Shown here piece by piece: positions 53,273 through 62,730 of a stretch of DNA of 64,000 bases. Made by a program: the position numbers and the translations under genes. Source of the stretch: Acidimicrobiales bacterium (lineage in GTDB: Bacteria > Actinomycetota > Acidimicrobiia > Acidimicrobiales > Ilumatobacteraceae); the NCBI GenBank assembly GCA_038321235.1, contig JBBQEU010000001.1:51698-115697 (forward strand), in the 5' to 3' direction. Under the pieces are notes generated by a model that saw only the letters and a list, made by a program, of their open reading frames with translations, was not told the origin of the DNA and ran no database searches. Position 1 is the stretch's first letter, and each line of letters begins with the position of its first letter.

Positions 53273-54703
53273 GTGGTCAGCGCTCGCAAACAACTGGGTG
53301 CCTGGTACACGCCGCCTGATCTCGTCGACACCGTGGTGGAGGCAGTGATCACCCCCGAGTTCGTGGCGACTCGTCCGCGTCCGCTGACGGTGCTCGACCC
53401 GTCATGCGGTGACGGCCGGTTCCTGGCTGCCGCCGACCGCCGGATTGCGTCGCTGGGCGCCGCGGCGTCGCTCCACGGCTGCGACCTCGACCCCGCAGCG
53501 ATCACTGCGGCAAGCGCAACGCTGCCCGAGCATGCTGACCTCCGCCAGGCGGACGCTCTGTCGACTGTCTGGCCGCCGCAGCGTTTCGACCTGGTGATCG
53601 GAAACCCGCCGTACCTGTCGCAGATGGCGGCCGCCACCACCCGAGGCGGCTCCAGCGAGCGCGGAGGAGGACCCTACGCCGACGCTGCGGCCGAGTTCCT
53701 TGCGCTGGCCGGCGAGTTGGTCGAGCCCAATGGCGGGCGGGTCGCTCTGGTGCTTCCGCAGTCGCTGTTGGCGTCGCGCGACGCTGACGTCATCCGGAGC
53801 GCGATCGGGGACCGGGCCCGCATGGTCTGGTCGTGGTGGTCCGAACGCCGGGTGTTCGACGCACAGGTGTACGTGTGCGTGCTCGCCTTCGAGTTCGGAT
53901 GCCCCGAGCCCGTCGAACGGCGATCGAACTGGTCGCACGTGATCACGAGCCGCCGAGGGGTTCCCGCCGTGCCGGAGGACGTCCGTGTCGACGGGAACCT
54001 CGGCGACCGAGCCCGCCTGAACGCCAACTTCCGCGACGAGTACTACGGCATGATCCCCGCCGTCGGCGACCACGACACCGGACCACACTTGGTCACGTCC
54101 GGTCTCGTCGACCCGGGCCGATCGTGGTGGGGCGAGCGGCCCATCACGTTCGCGAAACATCGATACCTGCGACCGCGAGTCGACGTCAGGCGGCTCGACG
54201 ACCACATGCGTGAGTGGGCCCGGCGGCGCCTGGTTCCCAAGGTGCTCGTGGCCAACCAGACTCGGCTGGTCGAGGCAGTGTGCGATCCTCACGGCGACTG
54301 GTTGCCAGCCGTTCCGGTGCTCGGCGTGTATCCGACAGGGGCTCATTGGGACGATGAGAGCCCACGGCCCTTCCACGAACTCGCCGAGTCGGCCTGGGAG
54401 ATCGCGGCGGTACTCACCTCACCGGTGGCATCGGCCTGGCTGTGGCACCGCGGCGCCGGAACCGGCCTGTCGGCCGACGCGATCCGACTGTCGCCCGTGA
54501 CGCTCGCTGCGCTGCCGTGGCCAGCCGGCGACCTCGGAGCGGCCGTCGAAGCGGTCCGACGCGGCGACATCAAGGGGTGCGGCGCCGCCGTCGATGTCGC
54601 CTACGGCATCAGGGATGAGTCGACGCTGTTCGAGCCGTCGCTGTTCGACTGGTGGTCGGCGCTGCTGGAGCGGATCGAGTCGCGGCAGCCGTCGACTGCG
54701 TGA
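53273..54703 (+). CDS. gamma-class N6-adenine DNA methyltransferase (Eco57I/TaqI-like family)
   Basis: 476 aa. [10 protein letters not shown], motif [13 protein letters not shown], motif [12 protein letters not shown], and a long C-terminal putative target-recognition region. Confidence 0.75.
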   Translation: MVSARKQLGAWYTPPDLVDTVVEAVITPEFVATRPRPLTVLDPSCGDGRFLAAADRRIASLGAAASLHGCDLDPAAITAASATLPEHADLRQADALSTVWPPQRFDLVIGNPPYLSQMAAATTRGGSSERGGGPYADAAAEFLALAGELVEPNGGRVALVLPQSLLASRDADVIRSAIGDRARMVWSWWSERRVFDAQVYVCVLAFEFGCPEPVERRSNWSHVITSRRGVPAVPEDVRVDGNLGDRARLNANFRDEYYGMIPAVGDHDTGPHLVTSGLVDPGRSWWGERPITFAKHRYLRPRVDVRRLDDHMREWARRRLVPKVLVANQTRLVEAVCDPHGDWLPAVPVLGVYPTGAHWDDESPRPFHELAESAWEIAAVLTSPVASAWLWHRGAGTGLSADAIRLSPVTLAALPWPAGDLGAAVEAVRRGDIKGCGAAVDVAYGIRDESTLFEPSLFDWWSALLERIESRQPSTA

Positions 54704-54787
54704 GTGTCGGCCGCCCCGAATGCGGCGAACGCGAATGATGACATTCGTCACTACGCCGTCGCTGCGAAGCGCTGCGACACTGAGAAC

Positions 54788-55285
54788 GTGGACCAGTTGA
54801 CCGACCACTCGTCGAGCGCACGCGGAGGGACACGTCAGCGCAGTCTGGGTCGTCTGGCAGCCGCATCGGCAATGGCTGGGGCCTTGGCGTTCGCCGCGGT
54901 GTCCTGCGGTGGCGATGCCGACGAGGCAGGATCCGGCGGCGCCGTTGCCACGGACGCTCCGGCGGTCACCCCGCCGGCCAGTTCGGCGGGTGGAGGCGAC
55001 GCCGTCAACGGCGAGCGGCTCTCGCGCAGCAAGGGATGCGCGGGCTGTCACGGGCAGGACTTCGGCGGCGGCGCAGGCCCCACTTGGGTTGGTCTCGCCG
55101 GTTCGGAAGTGACGCTTGCCGACGGGAGCACGGTGTCGGCCGACGCCGCCTATCTCGCACGCGCCATCGCGGAGCCCTCGGCCGATCTCGTGGCTGACTA
55201 CACACTCAAGATGCCGGCCAACGGCCTGTCCGACGCGGAGATCGCCGACATCGTCGCCTTCATCGACACGCTCGCCGATGGGTGA
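54788..55285 (+). CDS. monoheme class I cytochrome c, probable lipoprotein
   Basis: Heme motif GCAGCHG and distal KMP (Met ligand). Signal peptide with lipobox-like AAVSC. I chose GTG 54788 within the 193-aa track ORF. Confidence 0.7.
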   Translation: MDQLTDHSSSARGGTRQRSLGRLAAASAMAGALAFAAVSCGGDADEAGSGGAVATDAPAVTPPASSAGGGDAVNGERLSRSKGCAGCHGQDFGGGAGPTWVGLAGSEVTLADGSTVSADAAYLARAIAEPSADLVADYTLKMPANGLSDAEIADIVAFIDTLADG

Positions 55286-55304
55286 GTGATCGGGCGGTCA
55301 CCAC

Positions 55305-56399
55305 ATGAGTCGCACTGATGTGAGCGCCACCCTGAGGCACCGGATTCGGCGCACCGTGACCGGTGTCGTCGCCGGTCTCGGCCTCGCGATCACCGTCGCT
55401 GCGCCGGCATTCGCTGACCCGCCCGGACCGACCGACTACCGGTCGGAGGTCCAGTCGGTCGAGCCCGACACGTCCGTGATCGAGGTGGGCATCATCGGCG
55501 GCGACTCGTTCCTCGAGCTACGCGTCGAGCCCGGCACCGAGGTGATGGTGATCGGATATCAGGGCGAGGACTACCTGTGGTTCCGACCCGATGGCGCTGT
55601 GCTCGAGAACCAGAACTCGCCCGCCACCCATCTGAACGCGAACCGGTTCGGCAACGACGGGGTGCCGGCGACCGCTCGCGCCGATGCCGATCCGAGCTGG
55701 GACCAGGTGGCCACTGGGGGCTACTGGGCGTGGCATGACCACCGCGCTCACTGGATGCAGAGCGCCCGCCCGTTCGGGTTCGGTGAAGGCGATCAGATCC
55801 TCGAAGCGGTGATCCCGATCGTCGTCGACGGCGACCCCGTGGAAGTCACTGTCATCAGCACGTGGCAGCCCGAGCCATCTCCGCTCGCGATGTGGCTCGG
55901 TGTGGTCGCTGGAGCGGGACTGGGCGTGGGTCTCTGGCTCCTGCGCAGTGGTCGATTCCCGCCGATCGCCGCAGTTGTCCCTCTGGCGTTGGCCGCCACG
56001 GTCGTCGGTGCCGCACAGTACCTGTCGTTGCCGAGCGCAACCGGCCCTCGGCCGATCTGGATCGTGCTGCCGATCATCGCGGTCGTGTCGGCCGCCGTCG
56101 GGGTGGTGCTCGCCGGGCGAGGCGTGCGCTTCGCCGCCGACGCCGCACTGTTGCTGGTGGGAGTGGAACTGGCGGTGTGGGGCTTCGTGAAGCGTGACGG
56201 GTTGTCGGCAGCGATCATTCCGACCGATGCACCGTTCTGGCTCGATCGGTTCACGACGGCGTTCGCGTTGGCCGGCGGCGTCGCGATCGCAGCGGTCGCG
56301 CTGTGGTGGTTGTTCGCCGTGCCTGTTCCGAGCCCGACGACCGACGCGGTCAGCGATTCCAGGGAGCCGCCGGGCTCACCGCACCCGGCCCACCCGTGA
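55305..56399 (+). CDS. hypothetical exported/membrane protein (signal peptide, beta-rich ectodomain, 5-6 C-terminal TM helices)
   Basis: 364 aa. VVAGLGLAITVAAPAFADPPGP signal, then hydrophobic helices from about residue 190. I recognise no family. Confidence 0.55.
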   Translation: MSRTDVSATLRHRIRRTVTGVVAGLGLAITVAAPAFADPPGPTDYRSEVQSVEPDTSVIEVGIIGGDSFLELRVEPGTEVMVIGYQGEDYLWFRPDGAVLENQNSPATHLNANRFGNDGVPATARADADPSWDQVATGGYWAWHDHRAHWMQSARPFGFGEGDQILEAVIPIVVDGDPVEVTVISTWQPEPSPLAMWLGVVAGAGLGVGLWLLRSGRFPPIAAVVPLALAATVVGAAQYLSLPSATGPRPIWIVLPIIAVVSAAVGVVLAGRGVRFAADAALLLVGVELAVWGFVKRDGLSAAIIPTDAPFWLDRFTTAFALAGGVAIAAVALWWLFAVPVPSPTTDAVSDSREPPGSPHPAHP

Positions 56400-57333
56400 G
56401 CACGTCGAAGCCGTCCTCGGTCACGAGGACGGTGTGCTCGTACTGGGCGGTACGCCGGCCGTCGCCGGTGACCGCCGTCCAATCGTCGTCCCACACCTTG
56501 TAGTTCACGGTGCCGAGGGTGATCATCGGCTCGATCGTGAACGTCATGCCCGGGCGCATGATCGTGGAGGCCCGCGAGTCGTAGTAGTGCAACACCTGGA
56601 TGTCGGTGTGGAACTGCTCGCCGATGCCGTGGCCGACAAAGGCCCGAACAACGCCGTAGCGGTACTTCTTGGCGTGGTCCTCGATGGCTCGGCCGATGTC
56701 GCTGAGCGGACGGCCCGGCTTGACGGCCTCGATTCCGTACCAGGTGCATTCCTCGGTGATCCGGACGAGTTGGCGGCTCTCGGGGTCGACGTCGCCGACG
56801 AAGAACGTGGCATTGGTGTCGCCGTGGACACCGCCGATCCAGCCGGTGACGTCGATGTTGCAGATGTCGCCGTCCTGCAGGGCACGCGAGTCGGGGATGC
56901 CGTGGCAGATGACCTCGTTGACCGAGGTGCAGCATGCCTTCGGATACCCGTGGTAGTTGATCGTGGACGGGTATGCGCCCCGTTCGACGAACAGATCGTG
57001 CACGTAGATGTCGATCTCTTCGGTGGTGACACCGGGGGCGACCATCTCGCCGGCGAGACGCAGCACCTCGGCAGCGACCTTGCCGGCGTGGCGCATGGCC
57101 TGGATCGTGTCGGAGCTCTTGATTCGCGGTTCGTCCCAGGGGGTCACTTCGCCGGTGTCGGCGTACGACGGTCGAGCGATCATGTCGGGAACGCTGCGCA
57201 TCGGAGTGACGATCCCCGGCAGCACCTTGCCCTCCGACTTCTTGTGGCACCGCTTGTACTTGCGGCCGCTGCCGCACCAGCAGGCCTCGTTCGCCTTCGG
57301 CAAGATGGCGGGCGCGGTCGCCGTGACAGACAT
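56350..57333 (-). CDS. map: type I methionine aminopeptidase with an N-terminal SEC-C zinc-binding motif
   Basis: 327 aa from ATG 57333. The SEC-C-like CWCGSGRKYKRCH is followed by the MetAP core (VNEVICHGIP, DICNIDVT, GDTNATF, FVGHGIG, FTIEP, QYEHTVLVT). Confidence 0.9.
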   Translation of the reverse strand: MSVTATAPAILPKANEACWCGSGRKYKRCHKKSEGKVLPGIVTPMRSVPDMIARPSYADTGEVTPWDEPRIKSSDTIQAMRHAGKVAAEVLRLAGEMVAPGVTTEEIDIYVHDLFVERGAYPSTINYHGYPKACCTSVNEVICHGIPDSRALQDGDICNIDVTGWIGGVHGDTNATFFVGDVDPESRQLVRITEECTWYGIEAVKPGRPLSDIGRAIEDHAKKYRYGVVRAFVGHGIGEQFHTDIQVLHYYDSRASTIMRPGMTFTIEPMITLGTVNYKVWDDDWTAVTGDGRRTAQYEHTVLVTEDGFDVLTGGPGAVSPAAPWNR

Positions 57334-57451
57334 GGCTCTCAGGATAGAGGCGGGGCGGCGCTGGGCCGACGTGGAGCGCCGAGACAGGACCCGAACGACT
57401 GCTCGGTGCACGTTCGTGCGTCCTTCGTCGGGCGCGCCTAGCCTGTCCGAC

Positions 57452-58462
57452 GTGTCCCAGGAAGAGGTGCTGGCCCCCAACGGCATGTCGCCGCTGTTGA
57501 CCCTTCCCTCGATGGACGCCGACCGTGAGCGCATCGAAGACGCGATGCACGCTGCCGTCGTCACCCCCGACGCCTATCTCAATGAGATCGCGTCGCACCT
57601 GATCGTCGCGGGTGGCAAACGTCTCCGGCCCGTGCTGGCTGTGGCCGGCGCCCAGATCTTCGGTGTGCCGGCCACCCACGATGTGGTGCGTGGTGGGGTG
57701 GCGTGCGAACTGGTGCACCTCGGATCGCTCTACCACGACGACGTGATGGACGAGGCCGACACGCGTCGCGGCGTCGAGACCGTCAACGCGAAGTGGGGCA
57801 ATCTGCAGGCGATCCTGGCCGGCGACTTCCTGCTGTCCAGGGCGTCGGAGATCGCCGCGTCGCTCGGCACCGAAGTGGCAGGCTTGCTGGCGCGCACCAT
57901 CGGCTGGCTCTGCGAAGGCCAGATCGAGGAACTCCGCCACACCTACGACCGGTCCCGCGGCGAGGCGAGCTATCTCACCTCGATCCACGGCAAGACCGCG
58001 TCGCTCTACGGAACGGCGGCGCGTATCGGCGGCATCGTCGCCGGTCACGATCGGCCGATCATCGACGCGCTCACCGACTACGGCAATGCGTACGGCACCG
58101 TGTTCCAGATCGTCGACGACATCTTGGACATCACCGCCACCGACGCGCAGCTCGGCAAGCCCGCCGGCCACGACATGGTCGAAGGCGTCTACACGTTGCC
58201 GGTGCTGCGCACCTTGGCGCTCGGCAGCGCATCGGCGTCGGAGCTGGCCGATCTGCTCGGTTCTCCGCTCGATGCCGCCGCGCAGGACAAGGCGTTGGCG
58301 ATCGTGCGATCGAACGAGGGGTTGGCGTCGGCGGTCGAAACCGCCCGCGAGTACGCCGAGCGTGCCGAGGCGTGCTGCGACGACTTTCCCGACTCCGACG
58401 CAACGACGGCGCTGCGCACCGCGCCCCGGGCCTTGCTCGAGTCGGTTTCCGTCACCGCCTGA
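57452..58462 (+). CDS. trans-polyprenyl diphosphate synthase (GrcC1/heptaprenyl-type)
   Basis: First Asp-rich motif LYHDDVMDEADTRRG, second FQIVDDILD, plus GGKRLRP. GTG 57452 is the candidate start; ATG 57485 is an alternative. Confidence 0.85.
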   Translation: MSQEEVLAPNGMSPLLTLPSMDADRERIEDAMHAAVVTPDAYLNEIASHLIVAGGKRLRPVLAVAGAQIFGVPATHDVVRGGVACELVHLGSLYHDDVMDEADTRRGVETVNAKWGNLQAILAGDFLLSRASEIAASLGTEVAGLLARTIGWLCEGQIEELRHTYDRSRGEASYLTSIHGKTASLYGTAARIGGIVAGHDRPIIDALTDYGNAYGTVFQIVDDILDITATDAQLGKPAGHDMVEGVYTLPVLRTLALGSASASELADLLGSPLDAAAQDKALAIVRSNEGLASAVETAREYAERAEACCDDFPDSDATTALRTAPRALLESVSVTA

Positions 58463-58518
58463 GCGTCAAGAATGTGTGACGTTCGTGATCGGTCGGCGCG
58501 ATCGGGCAGTGTGTGGCA

Positions 58519-59868
58519 ATGCATGTGGTGATCGTCGGTGCCGGTGAGGTGGGCTGGTATCTCGCGCAGCGACTCGGTGCCGAGGGCAATGACGTGGTGG
58601 TCGTCGAACAGAACGAGGTGATCGCGGCGGCGATCGCAGCCGAGCTCGACGTGCAGGTGGTGGTCGGCAACGCCGCCGTTCCATCGACGTTGCGGGCTGC
58701 GGGCATCGAACGCGCTGATCTCTTTGCCGGCGTCACCCAGAACGACGAGGTCAACCTGCTCGCCTCGCTGCTCGCCAAGGAGTTCGGCGTCGAGCAGACC
58801 GTGGTGCGCATCCAGACCGAGGAACTTCGGGGCCCGCTCGGCGAGAAGCTGCTCGCGAAGATGGGCGCCGACGTGATCATCGACCCCGACGCCGACACCG
58901 CGGATGAGATCATGGAACTCGCCCACGTGTCCGGTGCCGACGAGGTGTACCCGATGTCGAACGGCGAGTTGCTCGTGCTCGGCGCCGTGATCGGCAAGTC
59001 GTCGCAGTTCATCGGTCATGATCTCGCCGAGATCGGCCGCTCGTTCGAGCCGAATTGGAAGTTCCTGTTCGGTGCGCTGACGCGCGACGGCGAAACCGTG
59101 ATCCCGCGCGGCGACCAGGTGCTGCAGGCCGGAGACCATGTCCGCGTGCTCACCACTCGGGCGGCGCGCCGGGAGATCATGGAGTTGCTCGGCGCAGCCA
59201 CCCGCAAAGCCCGGCGCGTGATGGTGCTCGGCGGGGGAGCGGTGGGCGCCCGTGTCGCCGAGCGGCTGCAGAGCGAGGGGGCCACCGTCGTGCTGGTGGA
59301 GAACGACCCGATGCGAGCCAAAGCTCTCAGCGAGCGGTTGCCGCGCGTCACGATCGTGCAAGGCGACATCGCCGACACCGAGCTGTTGCTCCAGGAGTCG
59401 GTCGCCCGTATGGATCTGGTGATCGCGGCGACCGGCGACGACGCGTCGAACGTACTGGCGTGCGCCTATGCGGCAGCCGAAGGAGATGCGTTCACCGTTG
59501 CGGTCCTGCATCGATTGGCCCTGCTCCCGCTGGTGCGCCAGTTCGGCATCGACGCCGCGCTCAGCCCGCGCACTGCTTCGGCCAACGCCGTGCTCCGCCA
59601 CATTCGCGGTGGCACCGCCTCGGTGGCGACGTTCCTCGAGAGCGACATCGAGGTCAACGAGTTCGAGATCGAAGCCGGCAGCTCGGCCGACGGCACGCTC
59701 GTCGCGGATCTGCACCTTCGCCACTCGGTGTTGCTGGGTGCAGTGACCCGCCAGGACGGCAGCGCCGAGATCGTGCGCGGCCACACGCTGCTGCACGCCG
59801 GCGACAACGTGGTGGTGTTCTCGCGGCCCGACGCGCTGGCGGTGACCCGCAAGGCGTTCTCGAGGTGA
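58519..59868 (+). CDS. trkA: Trk potassium uptake system NAD-binding protein TrkA (two RCK modules)
   Basis: MHVVIVGAGEVGWYLA and a second Rossmann RVMVLGGGAVGARVA. The stop overlaps the trkH start (GTGA). Confidence 0.85.
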   Translation: MHVVIVGAGEVGWYLAQRLGAEGNDVVVVEQNEVIAAAIAAELDVQVVVGNAAVPSTLRAAGIERADLFAGVTQNDEVNLLASLLAKEFGVEQTVVRIQTEELRGPLGEKLLAKMGADVIIDPDADTADEIMELAHVSGADEVYPMSNGELLVLGAVIGKSSQFIGHDLAEIGRSFEPNWKFLFGALTRDGETVIPRGDQVLQAGDHVRVLTTRAARREIMELLGAATRKARRVMVLGGGAVGARVAERLQSEGATVVLVENDPMRAKALSERLPRVTIVQGDIADTELLLQESVARMDLVIAATGDDASNVLACAYAAAEGDAFTVAVLHRLALLPLVRQFGIDAALSPRTASANAVLRHIRGGTASVATFLESDIEVNEFEIEAGSSADGTLVADLHLRHSVLLGAVTRQDGSAEIVRGHTLLHAGDNVVVFSRPDALAVTRKAFSR

Positions 59869-61409
59869 CGCTGGCGACGCACTCGACGGGGCGCGTGTCG
59901 TGGTTCGGTGGTCGTGGCGAACGCCTCTTGTCGCCGGGTCGCTACTCGTCGCTCGTGGCGAACGTGGTCGGGCTCACCGTTGCCGTGGTCGGGGTCGGCA
60001 TCGCGGCGGCGGGCCTGGTCGACGCCGTTGACGGTGGGCCCGACGTGCTGGTGCTCCTCGCCACCGGCGTGGTGGTGTGGGCGGTCGGCTTCGTCGTGTG
60101 GCGCGTCACGATCGTGCCCAAGCAGATTCGCGTCCTCGACGTGTTCACCACCGTCACGCTGGCGTGGGTCGCGATGGCGGTCGTGGGCGCGATCCCGTAC
60201 CTCCTCACCGGCCACTTCGACCGGATCGACGATGCACTGTTCGAGTCGATCTCGGGCTTCACCACCACTGGCGCCACCGTGACCCCCGATATCGAGGCGA
60301 CGTCGCAAGGGCTGTTGTTCTGGCGCTCGACCTCCCAGTGGATGGGTGGCATGGGTGTGATCGTGTTGGTCGTGGCGGTGCTGCCGACCGTCGGCTCGGG
60401 CGGCATGAGCCTGCTCGCCGCCGAGGCGCCTGGGCCCACCGGCGAACGGCTCACACCGCGGGTGCGCGAGACCGCTCGCCGACTGTGGGCGGTGTACGTC
60501 GGCTTCACCGTCGTGCTCGCTGCGCTGTACGCCATGGCGGGCATGAGCCTGTACGACGCCGTGTCGCACAGCTTCACGACGGTGTCGACAGGCGGGTTCT
60601 CGCCGTACCAGGACTCGATCGGCGCATTCGACTCGGCACTGATCGAATGGATCTGCATCGTCGCGATGCTGCTCGCGGGTGGCAGCTTCACCCTGTACTA
60701 CCGGGCGATCAAGCGCGACCCGAAACCGCTGCTGCGCTCGTCGGAGTTCAAGGTGTACCTCCTGGTCGTGGCCGGTATCACCACCTGGGCGTTCGTGGCG
60801 TCGGGCAGCGACGGTGGCCAGGCGGCAGGTTTCCGCGACGCGCTGTTCACGACGACATCAACGGTGACCACCACGGGGTACGTCACCAACGAGTACGGCC
60901 TGTGGAGCCAGACCACCCAGTTGGTGTTGTTGATGGCGATGCCGATCGGAGCGATGGCGGGGTCGACGGCGGGCGGCATCAAGATCGTTCGGCTGATGGC
61001 GGTCGCCAGCTTCGCCCACCGCGAGGCGCTGCGTCACCTCCACCCGCACCTGGTCCGCCCGGTGCGAGTCGGCAACGGCATCCTGCCCGACGACGTCGCC
61101 CGACGGGTGGTCGGGTTCATGATCCTGGCCCTTGCGATCTTCGGCGGCGGAGCGTTGCTGATCTCGGCCACCGGGCCCGACATGATCACGTCGCTGTCGT
61201 CGTCAGCGACGGCGTTCGGCAACGTCGGCCCTGGCCTCGGCTCGCTCGACCACGCCAACGACTTCCTCTCGATCCCCGCACCCGGTCGTGCGATCGCAAT
61301 GGCGCAGATGCTGCTCGGCCGTCTGGAGATCTATCCCGTGATCCTGGCGCTGTCGGTGATCACCCTGCGCATCCCCCGAGCGCTGCATCCCCGCCACCGC
61401 TCCGATTGA
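59865..61409 (+). CDS. trkH: Trk-type potassium transporter membrane subunit TrkH
   Basis: 514 aa from GTG 59865, polytopic. Selectivity-filter-like repeats GFTTTGATV, TVSTGGFS, TVTTTGYV, AFGNVGPGLG. The track ORF N-terminal extension from 59055 lies inside trkA and was rejected. Confidence 0.85.
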   Translation: MTLATHSTGRVSWFGGRGERLLSPGRYSSLVANVVGLTVAVVGVGIAAAGLVDAVDGGPDVLVLLATGVVVWAVGFVVWRVTIVPKQIRVLDVFTTVTLAWVAMAVVGAIPYLLTGHFDRIDDALFESISGFTTTGATVTPDIEATSQGLLFWRSTSQWMGGMGVIVLVVAVLPTVGSGGMSLLAAEAPGPTGERLTPRVRETARRLWAVYVGFTVVLAALYAMAGMSLYDAVSHSFTTVSTGGFSPYQDSIGAFDSALIEWICIVAMLLAGGSFTLYYRAIKRDPKPLLRSSEFKVYLLVVAGITTWAFVASGSDGGQAAGFRDALFTTTSTVTTTGYVTNEYGLWSQTTQLVLLMAMPIGAMAGSTAGGIKIVRLMAVASFAHREALRHLHPHLVRPVRVGNGILPDDVARRVVGFMILALAIFGGGALLISATGPDMITSLSSSATAFGNVGPGLGSLDHANDFLSIPAPGRAIAMAQMLLGRLEIYPVILALSVITLRIPRALHPRHRSD

Positions 61410-61410
61410 A

Positions 61411-61445
61411 GTGTTACTGGTGGTGTCTGACACCACGAGCAACAC
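61411..61445. repeat. palindromic element, family 2 (GTGTTACTGGTGGTGTC-T-GACACCACGAGCAACAC); probable bidirectional terminator
   Basis: 15/17 arm complementarity. It sits between the convergent trkH stop (61409) and the reductase stop (61459) and shares the consensus TGTTACTnnTGGTGTCwGACACCAnGAGnAACA with 23903-23935. Confidence 0.7.
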
Positions 61446-61458
61446 TGACCGGGCCGGT

Positions 61459-62730
61459 TCACCAGGACGGGGCGAACTTGCTGATCGTGCTCGCCAGGGC
61501 GTAGGCGCGCTCGGCGCCGCCGCGGTGGCCGTCGCGCAGCTCGTTGGTGGCGATGCGCAGCACGGCCCCGGCGACACGCTCGCTGCGCACCCCGAGTCGC
61601 AGCGCAGGCCGCAGGATCGCCGGGCGGCCGAGGAACCGTGCAGCCAGTCGGCCCACCTGGTGGTATCGACCGACTTCGTCGGCGAGCATCGTCGGGTACC
61701 GCTGCAGGGTCGTGGAGTTCCCGGCCGACAACGCATCGGCCAGCACCTCGGCGGCAAGACGGCCGCTCATCAACGCGGCATCGACACCGTCGCCGTTGAA
61801 CGGACTGGCCCCACCGGCGGCGTCGCCGACCACCAGGAACGTCGGCCCCATCTTCGGCCCGACCGAACCGGCCAACGGCACACGGAACCGCGTCGGCGCC
61901 TTGAGTTGGTCACCCGGATCGAGCTCCCAACGGTCGGCGATCTGGTGCGCGAACGAGTCGAGCAGTTTCAGCGCGTTGATGCCGCGCACGTCGCGGTACG
62001 TCGACAGCACGCCGACTCCGACGTTGACGGTGCCGTCGCCGAGGGGAATCACCCAGCCGTAGCCGGCGATCGGGTTGCCCGCCGCGTCGGGAATACCGAG
62101 GTCGGACTCGATCCACGACTCCGCCGCCCGCCGGCTCCGGAAATAGGTCCGCGTCGCGATGCCATATGGCCAGTTGCGGTGACGTGTGGTCCCGAGGTCA
62201 CGTCCGAAGCTGCTGTTGGCGCCATCGGCCACCACGACGAACCGTGAGCGCACCACCCCGACCCGGGCTGCGGTTGCGTCGAGTTCGGGGTCGGCGGCGA
62301 GCGTGGCGCCGCGCACGAATCCGCGTTCGACGATCGGTTCCGTCGCCTGGTGACCCATCAAGACGGTGGCACCCGCTTCGACCGCTCGTTCACGCAGATG
62401 AGCGTCGAGGACGTCACGGCGCAACGCAACGGCGTGATCCGGCAGTTGGCCGTGGCGCGGCCACGGGGCCGTCACCGCCCGATCGCCGTGTACGAGACGA
62501 ACACCGGCGAGGCGATGGGCCCCGAGTCCGACCGGGTCGACATCGAGCCGCGCCAGTTCGTGGATCGCCCGCGGGGTGAGAGCGTCGCCGCACGCCTTGT
62601 GCCGGGCGACCGGTCGCTTCTCGACGACGGTGACGTGATGCCCCGATCGGGCCAGCCACGTGGCGACCGATGCTCCGGCAGGACCACCGCCGACGACGAG
62701 GACGTCGGTGTCCAGAGTGCTGTCCGTCAG
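61459..62730 (-). CDS. geranylgeranyl-reductase-family FAD oxidoreductase, MenJ-like (menaquinone side-chain reductase candidate)
   Basis: DVLVVGGGPAGASVATWLARSGHHVTVVEKR Rossmann, ACGDALTPRA, GYGWVIPLGDGTVNVGVG, VVGDAAGGASPFNGDGV. There is no ATG/GTG/TTG within about 45 codons upstream of the Rossmann motif. I tentatively chose CTG 62730, which overlaps the upstream stop (CTGA). ATG 62889 and GTG 62865 would overlap the cytochrome c gene by 140-160 nt. Confidence 0.75.
   Translation of the reverse strand: MTDSTLDTDVLVVGGGPAGASVATWLARSGHHVTVVEKRPVARHKACGDALTPRAIHELARLDVDPVGLGAHRLAGVRLVHGDRAVTAPWPRHGQLPDHAVALRRDVLDAHLRERAVEAGATVLMGHQATEPIVERGFVRGATLAADPELDATAARVGVVRSRFVVVADGANSSFGRDLGTTRHRNWPYGIATRTYFRSRRAAESWIESDLGIPDAAGNPIAGYGWVIPLGDGTVNVGVGVLSTYRDVRGINALKLLDSFAHQIADRWELDPGDQLKAPTRFRVPLAGSVGPKMGPTFLVVGDAAGGASPFNGDGVDAALMSGRLAAEVLADALSAGNSTTLQRYPTMLADEVGRYHQVGRLAARFLGRPAILRPALRLGVRSERVAGAVLRIATNELRDGHRGGAERAYALASTISKFAPSW

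Noticed and set aside
52179-56399. The idea that the N6-adenine methyltransferase is part of a complete restriction-modification or BREX/DISARM-type system.
   Set aside because: The flanking genes are coaA, a cytochrome c and a membrane protein. No nuclease, specificity, helicase or phosphatase partners are present. I report it only as an orphan MTase.
57399-57406. Recurrence of the 8-mer CGAACGAC (the arm of the WXG100 leader element) in the map / polyprenyl-synthase intergenic region.
   Set aside because: A single 8-mer match in 128 kb of two-strand GC-rich sequence is within chance expectation. It has no accompanying palindrome partner of comparable quality.
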